Shown in pieces: positions 11,065 to 23,608 of a stretch of DNA of 64,000 bases. The notes under the pieces are model-generated. The model searched no databases. It saw only the letters and a list, made by a program, of their open reading frames with translations, and was not told where the DNA came from. Origin of the DNA: Azolla caroliniana (lineage: Eukaryota > Plantae > Polypodiophyta); NCBI GenBank assembly GCA_043228905.1, contig JBHGNT010000020.1, positions 10,354,001 through 10,418,000 on the forward strand. The letters are read 5' to 3'. Position 1 is the stretch's first letter; every line of letters starts with the position of its first letter. A program made the position numbers and the translations under genes.

Positions 11065-14000
11065 ACTCACATCTCTTCCGCTTCACAAGAATCCATCTCT
11101 TGATTCTTTACAATATTTTTATATTTGACGATGATAATGCTAATTTAATATAGTTACTCATCCCCCATCTTGTGTTGTTCATAAGTGTATCTTCCTCTCT
11201 CTCTTCCTCTCACACACATACACACACACATATCACTTAATCTTCCGCTTATTAACTTAATCACATAATTAGGTACTAATTAACCCTTGCTTAATTACCT
11301 TATTCTTAACATGGTATCAGAGCGTGTGGTTTAGAAAATCCGCTAAGCCCACCTGACTCTGTGATTGTGTGTTCGAGACGCCAATGACAAAATTTGGCTA
11401 TCCGCTACCTTAGTGCCGCTACGTAGCACGTGTACGTGATCGAAGGAATAAAAGCAAAAGAAGAGAAGACACTACAATCAACATGAACACACAAATGAGT
11501 AGCTCGCTCCCAAGTGAAAAGCTAGACCAGAGCAATTATTCATCTTGGGAGTACAAGATGACCCAATACCTTGTCGGCCAAGGGTAGTGGAGCTACATCA
11601 ACGACGCACAAGAAAATCAACCCGACTCAAAGAACGCTGACTACGCAACATGGGAGAAAGCGGCGAGTCAAGTCATGTATTGATTGGCAACACGTGTCCA
11701 CGACCACATGCTAAGCCACATTCGAGATGCCAAGATGCCCAAAGAGGCGTGGGAGAACTTAAAGAAAATGTTCACCGCCAACACAACCGCCCGAACGCTT
11801 CAACTCTGACAAGAGTTGAACAAAATTCGCCAAAAAGACATGTCTGTGTCAGACTACACTGCCAAGATCAAGAGCATTTGCGACTCGCTTGGCTCCATCA
11901 AAATAAACGTCGTTGAAGACGAGATGGTTCAATTATGCTTGGGCGGCCTCACACAATGATTCGACTCGTTGAGGACGGGAATCTTGGTGAGGGAATATCC
12001 TCCTTCATTCTTCGACCTTCAATCAATGCTAATGGTTGAAGAGAACCACATCTAAACCAAAACCAAGCCATCGGAAGGACAAATGTTATTCTCGAATTCG
12101 GACGGTGGCCGAGAACGAAGTCGAGGCGGTAGAAGAGGTCGATTCGACCCATCACACGAAGGGAACTCAAACCTTCGACACAAGATGGAAGCCATCGAGG
12201 AACCTTTGGAAGAAGGGGGAGCTTCCATGCCGAACAACGTCGGAAAAATCGGCCACCATGAAGTGGAGTGTCGGAAAAAGAGAAGCGAGTCGGCTTCGAC
12301 AAGCCGACAACTCACAAACTACGCCAACAACTTCGAATACGACGACTACGGTGGTCTATTCATAATGAGACATAGAGCGAACTCTATGACGACTTCTGAC
12401 TCAGCAAGCACCTCCAATTCGGAAGACGCGTGTGGTTCGTCGATTCCGTCGCCTCACATCATATGACGTCACACCAAGAGTGATTTCGTGACTTATGAAC
12501 GTCGGACCGACTCGGCTTCATAGAGACGGGAGACAACACCACACATCCCATTTGGCACATCGGCAATGTCCCATTCGGAAAAGAAGGGGAACAAACTTGC
12601 ATCAAGAATGTCTTGCATGCGTCCACAATAACGAAGAATTTGGTCTCGGTCGGCCAAATCGTGGAGCAAGCCATGCAAGTCCGCTTCAACAATGAAGGGT
12701 GTTTCATTGAGAAAGATGGCCGACTCATAGCCAAGGGATGGAGAGATGGTCGAATGTTCATCCTCAATTTGAACGAGGTGAAATCGGCCATATATGCCAA
12801 AGGTCTCAAAGCTGAGACAAACATCGAGTTGTGGCATAGAGAATTGGCCACATAAACCTCCAACGGCTCCGAGCTATGCAATCAAAGGGAGTTGTCATCG
12901 AACTTCCGACATTCGAGTCGAAACGAGTTGACCGAGTATGTGAAGTGTGCCAACTCGGCAAACATCATCGACTCCCATTTCCAAAGGAGAGCTCCGCAAG
13001 CAAAGACCTTCTCGACGTCATACACTACGGCCCAAATGCAGACAATCGACGGATGCCGATACTACGTCACCTTCATCAACGACTACTCCCGCTACACGTG
13101 GATCTTTCCGATGAAGAAGAAGAGCGAAGTGCTCTCCCACTTCCAAAAACTCAAGGGCCAAGTGGAAAAATAAACCGATCGACACATTCAATGCCTACGA
13201 TCGGGCGGAGGAAAGGAGTACTTCTCTGATGAATTCACCTCCTACCTCCAAAGTGAAGGCATTCGGAGAGAATTCTCGTGCCGACACACACCCCAACAAA
13301 ATGGAGTAGCCGAAAGGAAGAATCGGCAAATACTCGAGGTAGCACGCGCCATGATGCATGAGAAGCACATGCTGAACTTCTATTGGGCCGAAGCGACATC
13401 CACAACCGTCTATCTCATGAATCAATGCACCACTAATGGAGTGCATGAGCTAACTCCATACGAGCTCCTCGTCGAAAGGAAGCCAATCCTATCGCACCTC
13501 AAGGTGTTCGGAAGCATTGCGAATGTATGCATCCCGAACGAAAGCCGACAGAAGGCCGACGTGAAGTCCGAGGAATGTATCCTCATAGGATACTTGTTTG
13601 AGAAGAAGGCATACAAGTGCTATAACCCTTCGACTCGAGCGGTTTGGGTGAGTCGAGACGTAGTCTTCGACGAATCAGCATCTTGGTATAAGCCCGATTC
13701 GGCTCCACCCGACACGATAGAGGAAGAGTTGAACGCCAACTCAGAGGATGATATTCGGCCAAGCCCTTCACTAAAGGACTGTCCAAGCTCTACCAAGCTA
13801 AGTGGACCACACGAGCCTTCAAGCCTTCCAAGCACGTCACGGGCAAGTACGACCTTGGACAAAGGCAAAGGTAAGATGCCCGAATACGAAGTCAACAGCC
13901 CCGACGACAGTGATTTGGATGCATCGACTCGCTCACTAGACAGTTAGTTTGGTGTACCCATCATGCAGACACCTGTAGTAAAGAAGGCGCTCACATTAGC

Positions 14001-14594
14001 AAGCGAAAAACTTTGACGCTCATCTAGAGCTAAGAACCCCGTCACTCGGCACGGCTACAATGAATACATGGCCCATCACTATGCCTTTGCGATGAAGGTA
14101 GCGGCCGAACAGAGCCCAAGAGCTCCACCGAAGCGGCTCGTAACCCACGATGGGTGGAAGTGGTCGACCTTTGCCCACACACTACAAGCCTTCGTCACCG
14201 GCTTGAGGGGGAGGAACCGAGATTGCCACGATGAAGAAAACCGAAGGCCGGACGGAAGCACATGAAGCCGATGAAAGCCAAAGCGGATGTCGGACACCTC
14301 ACACTGGAGCTTGAGGGGGCGTGTTGAGAGATAAAGCTTAACTTCGTTTAGTTAGTTAGCCAACCATGTAACTTTGTAGTTACCTAGATAGAATCTAGTT
14401 AGAAGTGTTGACTATAACACCTTAAATAGGACCTTGTACTTAAGTGGGATATTCAAGGTCCTCCACTCCTAAGTACATTTAATATAGGACTTACACTTTT
14501 GTACCTATATTATCCTCACACATGTGCACCCTTGCACATGAGATCTATATATACCTCATTGTAGGTAATTTTGTATTTGATGATGATAATGCTA

Positions 14595-15582
14595 TCTCTT
14601 TCCGGAAAGATGATGTGTTGTGGTTGTCTTTCACATAAATCTCCCTTCTTTACAATTGAAGATATATGCATAGGACTTAAGAAATTGGCATCTCGAAAGG
14701 CAAACAATCTTCAATGTATAAAAGATGAAATGCTCAAATGGACAGGAAAGGAAGCACATGCATGGATAAGCGATATGTTTAATCATGCATTGTAACATGG
14801 TATGCCGTACGATGGATTACAAATTGGAGATTCAAACCTTTACATAAAGGTGGAGATGTAAATAATGTAAACAACTATCGAACCATCATGATTGGCTCGC
14901 TAATAGCAAAACTATTTGGATGTATAATGGAATCAAATATAAGTGCATGGGATGAAAAAAAATGGTAAGAGAGCTTATGGACAACCTGGCATTCAAAAAC
15001 ACCATAACACCATTGATTAACACCATTGATCACCTTGTCACCCTTCAAGTATTAATGGAGGAAAGTTGCCTTGGAGGTAAAGCTTTATATTGTTGATTCA
15101 TAGACTTCAAGAACGCTTTTGATATGGTACCTCGTGAGTATCTTTGGAGGTGAATAGAAGAACTCGAGGTGCCAAGCGAATATATGCTTGCAATATCCTG
15201 AATATGTGAGAAGGTTATATGTTGTGTGCGTAAGAGCGATAAACTTTCAGATTTTTTCAATAGCACTATTGGTGTTAAGCAAGGATGCCCACTCTCACCA
15301 ACTCTATTTGGTCTATGCATTGCTGAATTGAAGGAAATGGTTGCCAAGTTTGTAAAGGAAGAAGGTGTTGACGAAGTTGCAATTGGGAATGTCGTCATTA
15401 TGCTTTTGCTATATGCAGATAATGTAGTGTTTTTTGCAAATACTTTAGGAGATGCGCAAAAGCTTATGAAGACATTGGAAAATTTTTACATACATAATAA
15501 ATTAAGTGTCAATAGCTCTAAAACAAAGATTATGCTTGTGAACAGACAAAAAAGAGATAAACCATGCATTATGTACAAATAG
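14595..15582 (+). mobile_element. LINE reverse transcriptase remnant (non-LTR; RTE/RTEX-like by inference)
   Basis: KPLHKGGD..NNYRTIM, FIDFKNAFD, GVKQGCPLSPTLF and LLLYADN motifs. Confidence 0.85.
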
Positions 15583-16522
15583 ACACCAAGATTTTATCAA
15601 AATAAAATGAAGGTTGAAAAATGATCATGTTTTTTCAGGCCTAGTTATGCTAGAAATGCATTTATTGATACAACCACGCACAACATTGACACATGCTTTT
15701 TTAACAAGGATTATATAGAACAACGTTTCACCCATTCACAACTCTTTCAAAGTGTCATGACACAGTGACATCAAATACATAGCTCACGCCCGTTCGTGTT
15801 CCCGATGAGCACCACACATTGTCGCTCACATCCATCAGTGTTCTAGTCTCCGGTAAGGACTGCACATGGTCACTCATGCCCGTTGTCGCGAAGTTTCGCG
15901 CGTGTGTGTTACTTTGGCAGGACCACGGGGGTCTTGGACTAGGGATTACTCAAGGGATAGAGAAGACCCGAGGTTTGCTTTACAACAATACTACTTCCCA
16001 ACCCCTTCCCGAGCAAGGGCTCGTTACCCTTTTTTTTTTGTGAGGCCGGTGGCTTTCGTTGATCACGACTCGTCGACATTTCGAGATCACCGCACGAACC
16101 AAGTGATCAAACGGGTACACGCAAAGATGAGCACGCAAGATGAACGCACAAGGGGACAAAAACACAAACACGAATGCTTGTACGTCTTTGTGAGGAGGAG
16201 AGGTGCATGGGCACGCCCGAACACTCCCTCATCATAAGACGTCGAACGTACGAGGAAGACACAAAACACACGCACAAATGCTCGTACGCCTTTATGAGGA
16301 GGAGAGGTGCATGGGCAAGCCCGAACGCTCCCTCATCACAAGACGGTCGAACATACAAGGAAGTCACAAACACACACACAAATGCTTATACGTCTTTATG
16401 AGGAGGAGAGGTGCATGGGGACGCCCGAAACGCTCCCTTGTCAAAAGATGACCGAACGTACAAGGAAGACACAAACACACACATAAAATGATCGTACGCC
16501 TTTATGAGGAGGAGAGGTGCAT

Positions 16523-17265
16523 TGTCGTAGTGTGAATCACACACTACGTGAAATATGTAAAATACTATATCCGATTTAAAGTACATATAATAAATAAAAT
16601 AAAATATTAAAATGATTTATTACATACATAGGGCAAGATTCAAACACTATATCTCCACATAGACAAACCCCAACCTTACCATTGTACTAACTTATCCTAA
16701 GTGTTCTAAGTATAGATTTAATACGTATAAGACCTTTATTTACGTCTACCTTTATTAAACGGAAAGTCATGCATTTTTTAGAATGCGTGAATACTTTATT
16801 TATAAGAAAAATGTACACCAATAAAAAAAATGACTCGTGCACATTTAGCGAGCATGAGCACTATATTTACGAAATAAAAGCATAGTGTAAAAAGGCAACT
16901 CATGTACATTTAGTGTGCATGAACACTTTAGAAAAAGCATAAAGCTATGCTTAGCCTCTTCCATCCTTATATAAGGAGGAGAGAATGATGTATGGGGGTT
17001 GTTGATTATTTTTACAAGGATTTTGATAAATCTAATATATTCGTGGGATTCACGATTTTTTCCATCTATTTCTCTCTTACATTCTAAGTATCAATTAGTA
17101 CACTATACTCATGGGATTCACGAGTTTCATATCTTCCTTCAAATATTTCTCTTTCTTGCAATCCATTCATAAGGAGCCTTATCTCATATTCTTCTTTCTC
17201 CTAGTCCAAAACCTTAGTGGTTCCCACCCGACTCACGCAACGATCCGGAGCCGAAAGGTACGACA
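16523..17265 (+). mobile_element. Solo LTR F1 (strand inferred from a TATA-like motif)
   Basis: TGTCGTAG...TACGACA termini; 4-bp flanks GCAT/GCGT. Confidence 0.8.
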
Positions 17266-17269
17266 GCGT

Positions 17270-18097
17270 TGTCGTAGTGTATTTCGTACACTACGTGAAA
17301 AAGTAAAAATAATATAACCGATTTAATTACATATAAATAAATAAAATAAGAATATTAAGATATTTATCACCAATAAATAAAATAAGAATATCAAGATATT
17401 TATCACGTACATAGGGCAAGATTCGAACCATGTACCTCCACGTAGCCAAACTTCAACTTTACCATTATGCTACCTTATCTTTATTGTTCTATAAATAGAT
17501 TTAATAACTATAAGTGCTTTATTTGCGCCTACCTTTATTAAAAAGGTAAATCATGCATTTTTAGAGTGCGTGAATATTTTATAGAAAAACGCAAGCAACT
17601 AAAAAGTGACTCATGCACATCTAGCGTGCATGAGCACTATATTTAGCAAATAAAAGCAAGGATTAAAAAAGCATCACATGCACATTTAGTGTGCATGAAC
17701 ATATTAGAAAAAAAAGCATGTAGCTATGCTTAGTCTCTCCCATCACTACATAAGGATGGGGAGCACAATGTAATAGGCGTGTGAAATATTTGGAAATTGG
17801 ATATATTTCCGAAAACACCAACCGATTAATATAATCGTGGGATTCACGAAAATAATATAATCTATACTTGTGGGATTCACAAGTTTCTTATATCTTTCTT
17901 TCAATCTAAATACATATTCTTATCTAAATATTGATTAATCGAATACAATACACTCGTGGGATTCACGAAATTTCTATCTCTCTTTCTAATAATCTATTCA
18001 TTACTAGCCTCATCTCATATTCTTCTTTCTCCTAGTCAAAAACCTTGGTGGTTCCCACCCGACTCACGCAAACGATCCGGAGCCGAAAGGCACGACA
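17270..18097 (+). mobile_element. Solo LTR F2, diverged relative of F1
   Basis: TGTCGTAG...CACGACA termini; 4-bp flanks GCGT/GCGT. Confidence 0.8.
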
Positions 18098-21000
18098 GCG
18101 TGGGCAAGCACGAACGCTCCCTCGTCACAAGACGACCGAATGTACAAGGAAGACACAAACACACGCACAGATGCTCGTACGTCTTTATGAGGAGGGGTGC
18201 ATGGGCACACTCGAAACGTTCCCTCATCACAAGACGGCCGAACGTACAAGGAAATTACAAACACACGCACAAAATGCTCGTACGCCTTTATGAGGAGGAG
18301 AGGTGCATGGGCAGCTCGAAATGCTCCCTCGTCACAAGATGGCCGATCGTACAAGGAAGACACAAACACACGCACAGATGCTCGTACGCCTTTATGAGGA
18401 GGAGGGGTGCATGGGCACGCTCGAAACGCTCCCTCGTCACAAGACGGCCGAACGTACAAGGAAGACACAAACACACGCACAAAATGCTCGTACGCCTTTA
18501 TGAGGAGGAGAGGTGCATGGGCACGCTCAAAACGCTCCCTCGTCACAAGACGACTGAACGTACAAGGAAGACACAAGCACACACACAAATGCTCGTACGC
18601 CTTTATGAGGAGGAGAGGTGCATGGGCACGCTCGAAACGCTCCCTCGTCACAAGACGACCGAACGTACAAGTGGATGAGAACAAAGAAAGAAAGAAACAC
18701 GAATGATATTGGTGAAAGAAATAAATACGTGTTCGATTCCAACGCAAGAGGACCCTTTATAAAATAGGGTTTGATTACAATGGCAACTTCTAGTTAACCA
18801 CAAGCTCAATCAAAACATAAATACTAAATGCCCTTAGAGACAAGAGCAAATCTGAACACGATGAAGACGAACACATGAGCACCACCAAAATGCCAACCCC
18901 AACGAACCACGACCACCCGAACGGTGAGCACACGGGCTCACAACGACGAACGGGGCGAACCAACGTTGAACCAACGAAACTTGGGCTCACAAGCACTTCG
19001 GGTGCCAACGCGAAGAAGACGAGCACGTGGCGATGAGGGGATGAAGAGGTATGAGATGAAGAGAAGTGGTGAAGAAGAAGATGAAGAGCTCCAAAGGAAA
19101 AATGGCGATAGTCTCCTCCTCCCAAAACGTCCTCCCAAATGAGCCCCCTCGACCTCCTTTTATAGGAAAAAAAGAAGGGGGGTCGCCAATTTTGTCTTCA
19201 ATGCAAAAGGAATAACATTCCTTAAATCACACTACATTGTAAGACCAAATTAGAACCATGCACCTCTAGCTATAAGTTAATGTGACTATCCACTAGCCCA
19301 TCAACTCTCTCTTATATAATATATAATTGTATCTCTACAAATTCATAGCCTATCTCCTCTCTACTTTTTATCTTTCCTCTCTCTTACTTTTACACGAGCA
19401 TCTATACATCATTTCCACCTTTTCTTTTCCCTTTTTTTTTGCATGTGCACAATTAATCTCCTTTGTGTGCACACACATTGCACATGAACATTTTGAACCC
19501 CCCCCCCCCCCCTTCGCCGCTTTTTCCCATTCTTGAGCACGCCACATCACGACATCCACCCCCACCAAACCGCACATCCTCCGGTATTTGCCATGGCGGG
19601 CTGAGGGTGGTCAATAGTTCATTTCCTCCTCCTCATTGACCCCGTGGCTTGTTGTTTGCTCACCTTTATCTTCGTCAAGGTCATCGAGATTTGGCTCCCT
19701 GTCGTGTCGCTTTTTGAAGATTTTGACCCGCTTCCCTGCTATGGGTACTACTAGCTTAGTTCCATCGAGTTTAGCGAGATGGTAGGTAGCATTATCGTTT
19801 GCACTCGTTACATGTACGGCCCGAACCATCGCTTTGCGAATTTCTGCATCGAGCTATGTTGATTGTCGAGACTGCTATCATACACAATCACCCAGTCTCT
19901 TTCTTTGATCTTCCGAGGGCGTAGTAGGTGTGTCTTGTCGAACCGGGCTTTGTTACTTAGCCTAGCCGCTTCTAACCTCTCTTTTGCCAACTCCAAGTCT
20001 TCGGGTCTTCTCTCAAGTTGCCTTATCCTTGTTGCTAGAAGCTCTTCTCAACTCATCTTGTTTTCCCACGACGCAATTGTGTCTTCAATGGGCATCACCG
20101 TCTTTTGTTTGTACATGAGTTCAATTGGCATGAAACCTGTAATTGAGCTATGAGTTGTTTTGTCGGCCCACAAGGCAGAAGGTAGTAATCGAGGCCAATC
20201 CCCGACTCGCCCATCGCAAGCTCTTACAATGGCTTTTACAATAGGCCCGTGTCCGTGTTCTATCTTTCCATTAGCCTTCGGGTTATAAGCGGTTGTGAGA
20301 GAGAGCTTCACTCTAAGTCGTTCAAAGAGCTCTGTAGCTTCGTGAGTGTTTAGCTCTCCTTTGTTGGCCACTATCTTTCCCACACATCCGTACCGGCAGA
20401 TGACATCCTCGAGTAAGAATTTACACACCCCCGCCGTCGTTTTGTTTGCTAAGGCTCGCCCTTCTACTTGGTTTGTTAGGTCTTCTCTTGCTAGCACCAA
20501 ATATTTCATTTGGCCCACTCCCATCGGCATCGAAACCAAATCCACCATCCATTTGAAGTGTATGGTGAATGGGTAGGTCGGGTGCAACTCGTCCCTATGG
20601 CGTATGTTGGAGTGTATCTGGTAGCTTTCACATGTCCCCACGAAATGAGCGATATCCTTGTACATTCCCAGCCACCAATACTTCTCCTTTAACTTCTTGA
20701 ATGTTGCCCATGTTCCTCTATGGCCCACCCAAGGACTCTCGTGGAAATTAGACACCAATGTTGTCTGGTCCTCTTCCTTTATGACCACTCATTGTGGCGT
20801 CCCCGTCCTTCTTTTTGGGTGCCTCTAGAGGAATCCCCCCGTAGGAAGTACTTGTACGCTTTCTTTCGGACTCTCTGTGCTTCCTCCTTCAACCATGAAC
20901 TATCCACCATCATTGAGCTTAAGAACTTGCCAATGTGTAGCCACTCCCCTTCATATTCACTTTCGTTGAAGGCGTGGAGTACTCGCACATCTCGATCATC

Positions 21001-23099
21001 TATAGACGCTTGGGCCATCTTAAAGAAGTAAAGACGACATCCTCATCTTCAGACACCATGTCACTTTCACCCTCGAATCTTGCCCTCGATAGCATATCTG
21101 CCATGGGATTGTTCTTCCCTGAAATGTGGCGAATCTCCGAGTTCATTGATTTGATGTAAGCAATCCATCTTAGCATAGCTAGGTTAGGTGTAGCACATCC
21201 CGAAACCATCCCTAGGATTGGAAGGCAATGCGTCTCTATTACCACCTCTGACCCAATTAGGTAACCTTTATCCGCCTTCACTGCGGACACAATACCCCAA
21301 AGCTCACGCTTTACTTGGGCGTATCCTTGTTGTCGCTCGCTTAAGACCTTGGCTCCGAACCGGATGGCGTAGCGTGTACCATCCTCTCCTTCTTGGTTGA
21401 TGACCCATCCGATCCCTGTTGAACTTGTATCTACCGTCACGTAGATGGGCACCCCTTCCTTGTATACGGCTTTTCGTAAAGCTGGTGCCGCTACCAACAT
21501 TCCTTTGAGCCTCTTCATTGCCTCTGTGTGCTCTTCCTCCCACTTGAACTTCCGCCCCTTCTTGAGTAGCCCATACATGGGCTCAACTAGGTGAGTGTAG
21601 TGTGGGATCCAGATGTGGTAGAATGCACAGGCACCAAGAAATCGCCTCACCTCTGTTTGCGATTTAGATTCTTCCCTCATGTCTGTGATGGCGTCCACCT
21701 TTGCCGGTGATGGCTTCTGTCTGTATGCCCTGCACAATTGTCCCACCACAAGAATCTCCGGTTGGCTGAATGCCGATTTCTCACCCGAGAAGGTCAAGCA
21801 TGCATCTTCGAGTCTTTGTAGAACCTTCTCGCAATCGGAGATGTGATATGCCACAAAACGTCTACAGCCATCCTCGTCCCAAGGTTTCATCTTTCTCCGC
21901 TTCAGAGCACCCTTTTATGGGGATGTCATCGAGGAATGGCATGGTGATGTCGGGGATGCAGTCTCTCAATACCTTGTTCATTGCATTTACCATGTGGGCT
22001 ACAGAGTTAGTGCCTCCTTGTGGCAAGGTACACATTCGTACTAGGCCGATAGGGGTCCGCATCGTCGTGATATCCCTACTCTCCACAACTAGTTGGAATT
22101 GATCATACCCTGAGTATAGATCACTGATCGAATAAATAGACCTTCTAGCAAAGGCCTCGACGAATTTGTCAACGCTCGGCCCGACCCCTGCATTTCGAAT
22201 TGTCACTTGATTAATAGGTTGTAGGTCCTGGATGAAGCGTAAGCTGTCGTTCTTCTTTGGCACAGTGAACCACCGATTCGAGTATGGGGCGCTTGATGGC
22301 TCGAGGATACCCATCTCGATCTTTTCCTTGAGTAGTTCAATCAACTTCGGGATGTGAGCTCTCGGAACCAGGATTGGTTTGATGTTCCACGGCACATGCG
22401 GTACCGTAAAGATCACCATTGGCTCCACGATCTTAGGGTTTACGCACCCTATCTCACCCAACGAGAAGGTGAAAGCCCTTCCGTGGCTTTCGATCATCCT
22501 TCTAAATCTTTCCTCCTCCCTAGGCAATAGGAAGCCACCCCCACCAATCCGGAGCTTCTATCATGTCTCGTCGGTGAACCTCGTGTAGTGACAGTCCACA
22601 TAGTCTTTGTCTTCCTCGGGAACCTCAGTTGACAATGCATTTACAATTGCGGGCTTTGTCACTTCTTGCTCCGTCGAGAGCCGCTTCCTCTTCATTAGGT
22701 TGATGATGACCTCGTGGAATTCTTTCTTGGCAATTTCGAGGACCCTCACAGACTAAACTCTACGCGACTATCGAGGATCCTTTCCACTTCTTGGACCCTT
22801 CTTTCCGCTTCATCCGCTTCTTCTGATTTGAACTTTCCCCTAGAGAGGCTTCCAAGGATTGACAGCCAAAAGTCAAACTCTTTCTCCTCTTGCCTCCTCA
22901 CCTCTTTCCCCACTCGGATCCCAGCCAACGCTGAGTAGTGGACGGCTTCAACATGTCGTGCTTCATCCTCCTCCATTAGCCTTCTCATGCCCCCTTGGCC
23001 TTGATTCATTTCCAAGGGGCGCCTTGTCTCTGTCGAATAGACCCTATTGTTCCAAAGATAGACCTTATGGTTAACTCAAAGTTATCACTGTTGTGCTTC

Positions 23100-23608
23100 C
23101 TATCGCAACTTATAAACCATAATCCATAAAGGGATTTTCTTGTAAATATTAATATCTAATGTTTTCATTTGGTCTTAATCTCGTGTTAATTCGTTAATTG
23201 TGTATTAATCTCCCTCTTGTTAATTCGACGAACATCCACACCCAAGCATTCGTGTCTCAAGAACTTCCGACTTTCACTAGGTCCTCCCTTCGAGACCATT
23301 CTTCGACTTAAGGTTTCTTCGATTAGTCTTTTCATCGACCTAGTCTAGTCGTTTCTTCAACTAAGATTTCTTCGACGAAGGAACCTTTGACTAGTCTTTC
23401 CTTCAACTAGTCATTTCTTCGATTAGTCGTTTCTTCGATAACTTTCTTTGACATTTTCTTTCTTTGAATCCTTTCTTTGAGTAGTCATTCTTCAACTAAT
23501 CCTTTTCTTCGACTTGCTCCCCTTTTTTATCATCCATCTTTTTGATTCCCTGGTCCAAGATCCCCGTGGTCCCACTCAAGTACCACACATACGCGCATTT
23601 ACGTAACA
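23100..23608 (+). mobile_element. Partial LTR related to the G family, opposite orientation, with short ttcttcgactagtc repeats; left boundary approximate
   Basis: 23548-23608 is the reverse complement of the 15884-15950 terminus (shared ggaccacggggg.cttgga); ends GTAACA. Confidence 0.6.

Larger units (their letters stand above)
5348..11112 (+). mobile_element. Inner full-length Ty1/Copia element inserted in the 5' LTR of the related outer element; LTRs 5348-5736 and 10716-11112
   Basis: Near-identical TG...CA LTRs; TSD GTATT/ATATT; PBS TGGTATCAGAGC 5737-5748; PPT GAGGGGG before 10716; domain order gag-PR-IN-RT-RH. Confidence 0.97.
5100..14594 (+). mobile_element. Outer Ty1/Copia element, RT/RNase H deleted; 5' LTR 5100-5347 + 11118-11311, 3' LTR 14322-14594 (truncated)
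   Basis: TG-starting LTR copies at 5100 and 14322; PBS TGGTATCAGAGC (initiator tRNA-Met) at 11312; decayed gag from 11483, then protease and integrase to about 14150; PPT TTGAGGGGG before 14322. Confidence 0.9.
16165..18670. repeat. About 105-bp tandem satellite inside the LTR of G (16165-16522 and 18098-18670), split by two solo LTRs
   Basis: Unit gaacgtacaaggaagacacaaacacacgcac...gaggaggagaggtgcatgggcacgctcgaaacgctccctcgtcacaagacggcc; starts at 18241, 18346 and 18451. Confidence 0.95.
15884..23015 (-). mobile_element. 5'-truncated Ty3/Gypsy element G; long 3' LTR about 15884-19554, pol 19611-22527, gag remnants to about 23015
   Basis: RT LPQGGTNS / FLDDIPIKG, RNase H VTVDTS...KRELWG, integrase AREDLTNQVEGRAL...AYNPKANG; minus-strand PPT GGTGGGGGTGGA next to the LTR end CACGACA at 19554; LTR start TGTCGCG at 15884. 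Confidence 0.85.

Noticed and set aside
16165-18670. CRISPR-like array
   Set aside because: Contiguous 105-bp units with no unique spacers, no cas genes, and a eukaryotic context.
17956-18747. Long ORFs on both strands (240 and 227 aa)
   Set aside because: Translations of the satellite; no protein motifs.
19177-19188. GGGGGGTCGCCA as a minus-strand PBS
   Set aside because: It lies inside the G LTR next to the TATA-like motif; the related solo LTR has a similar tract at about 31322-31334 without CCA.
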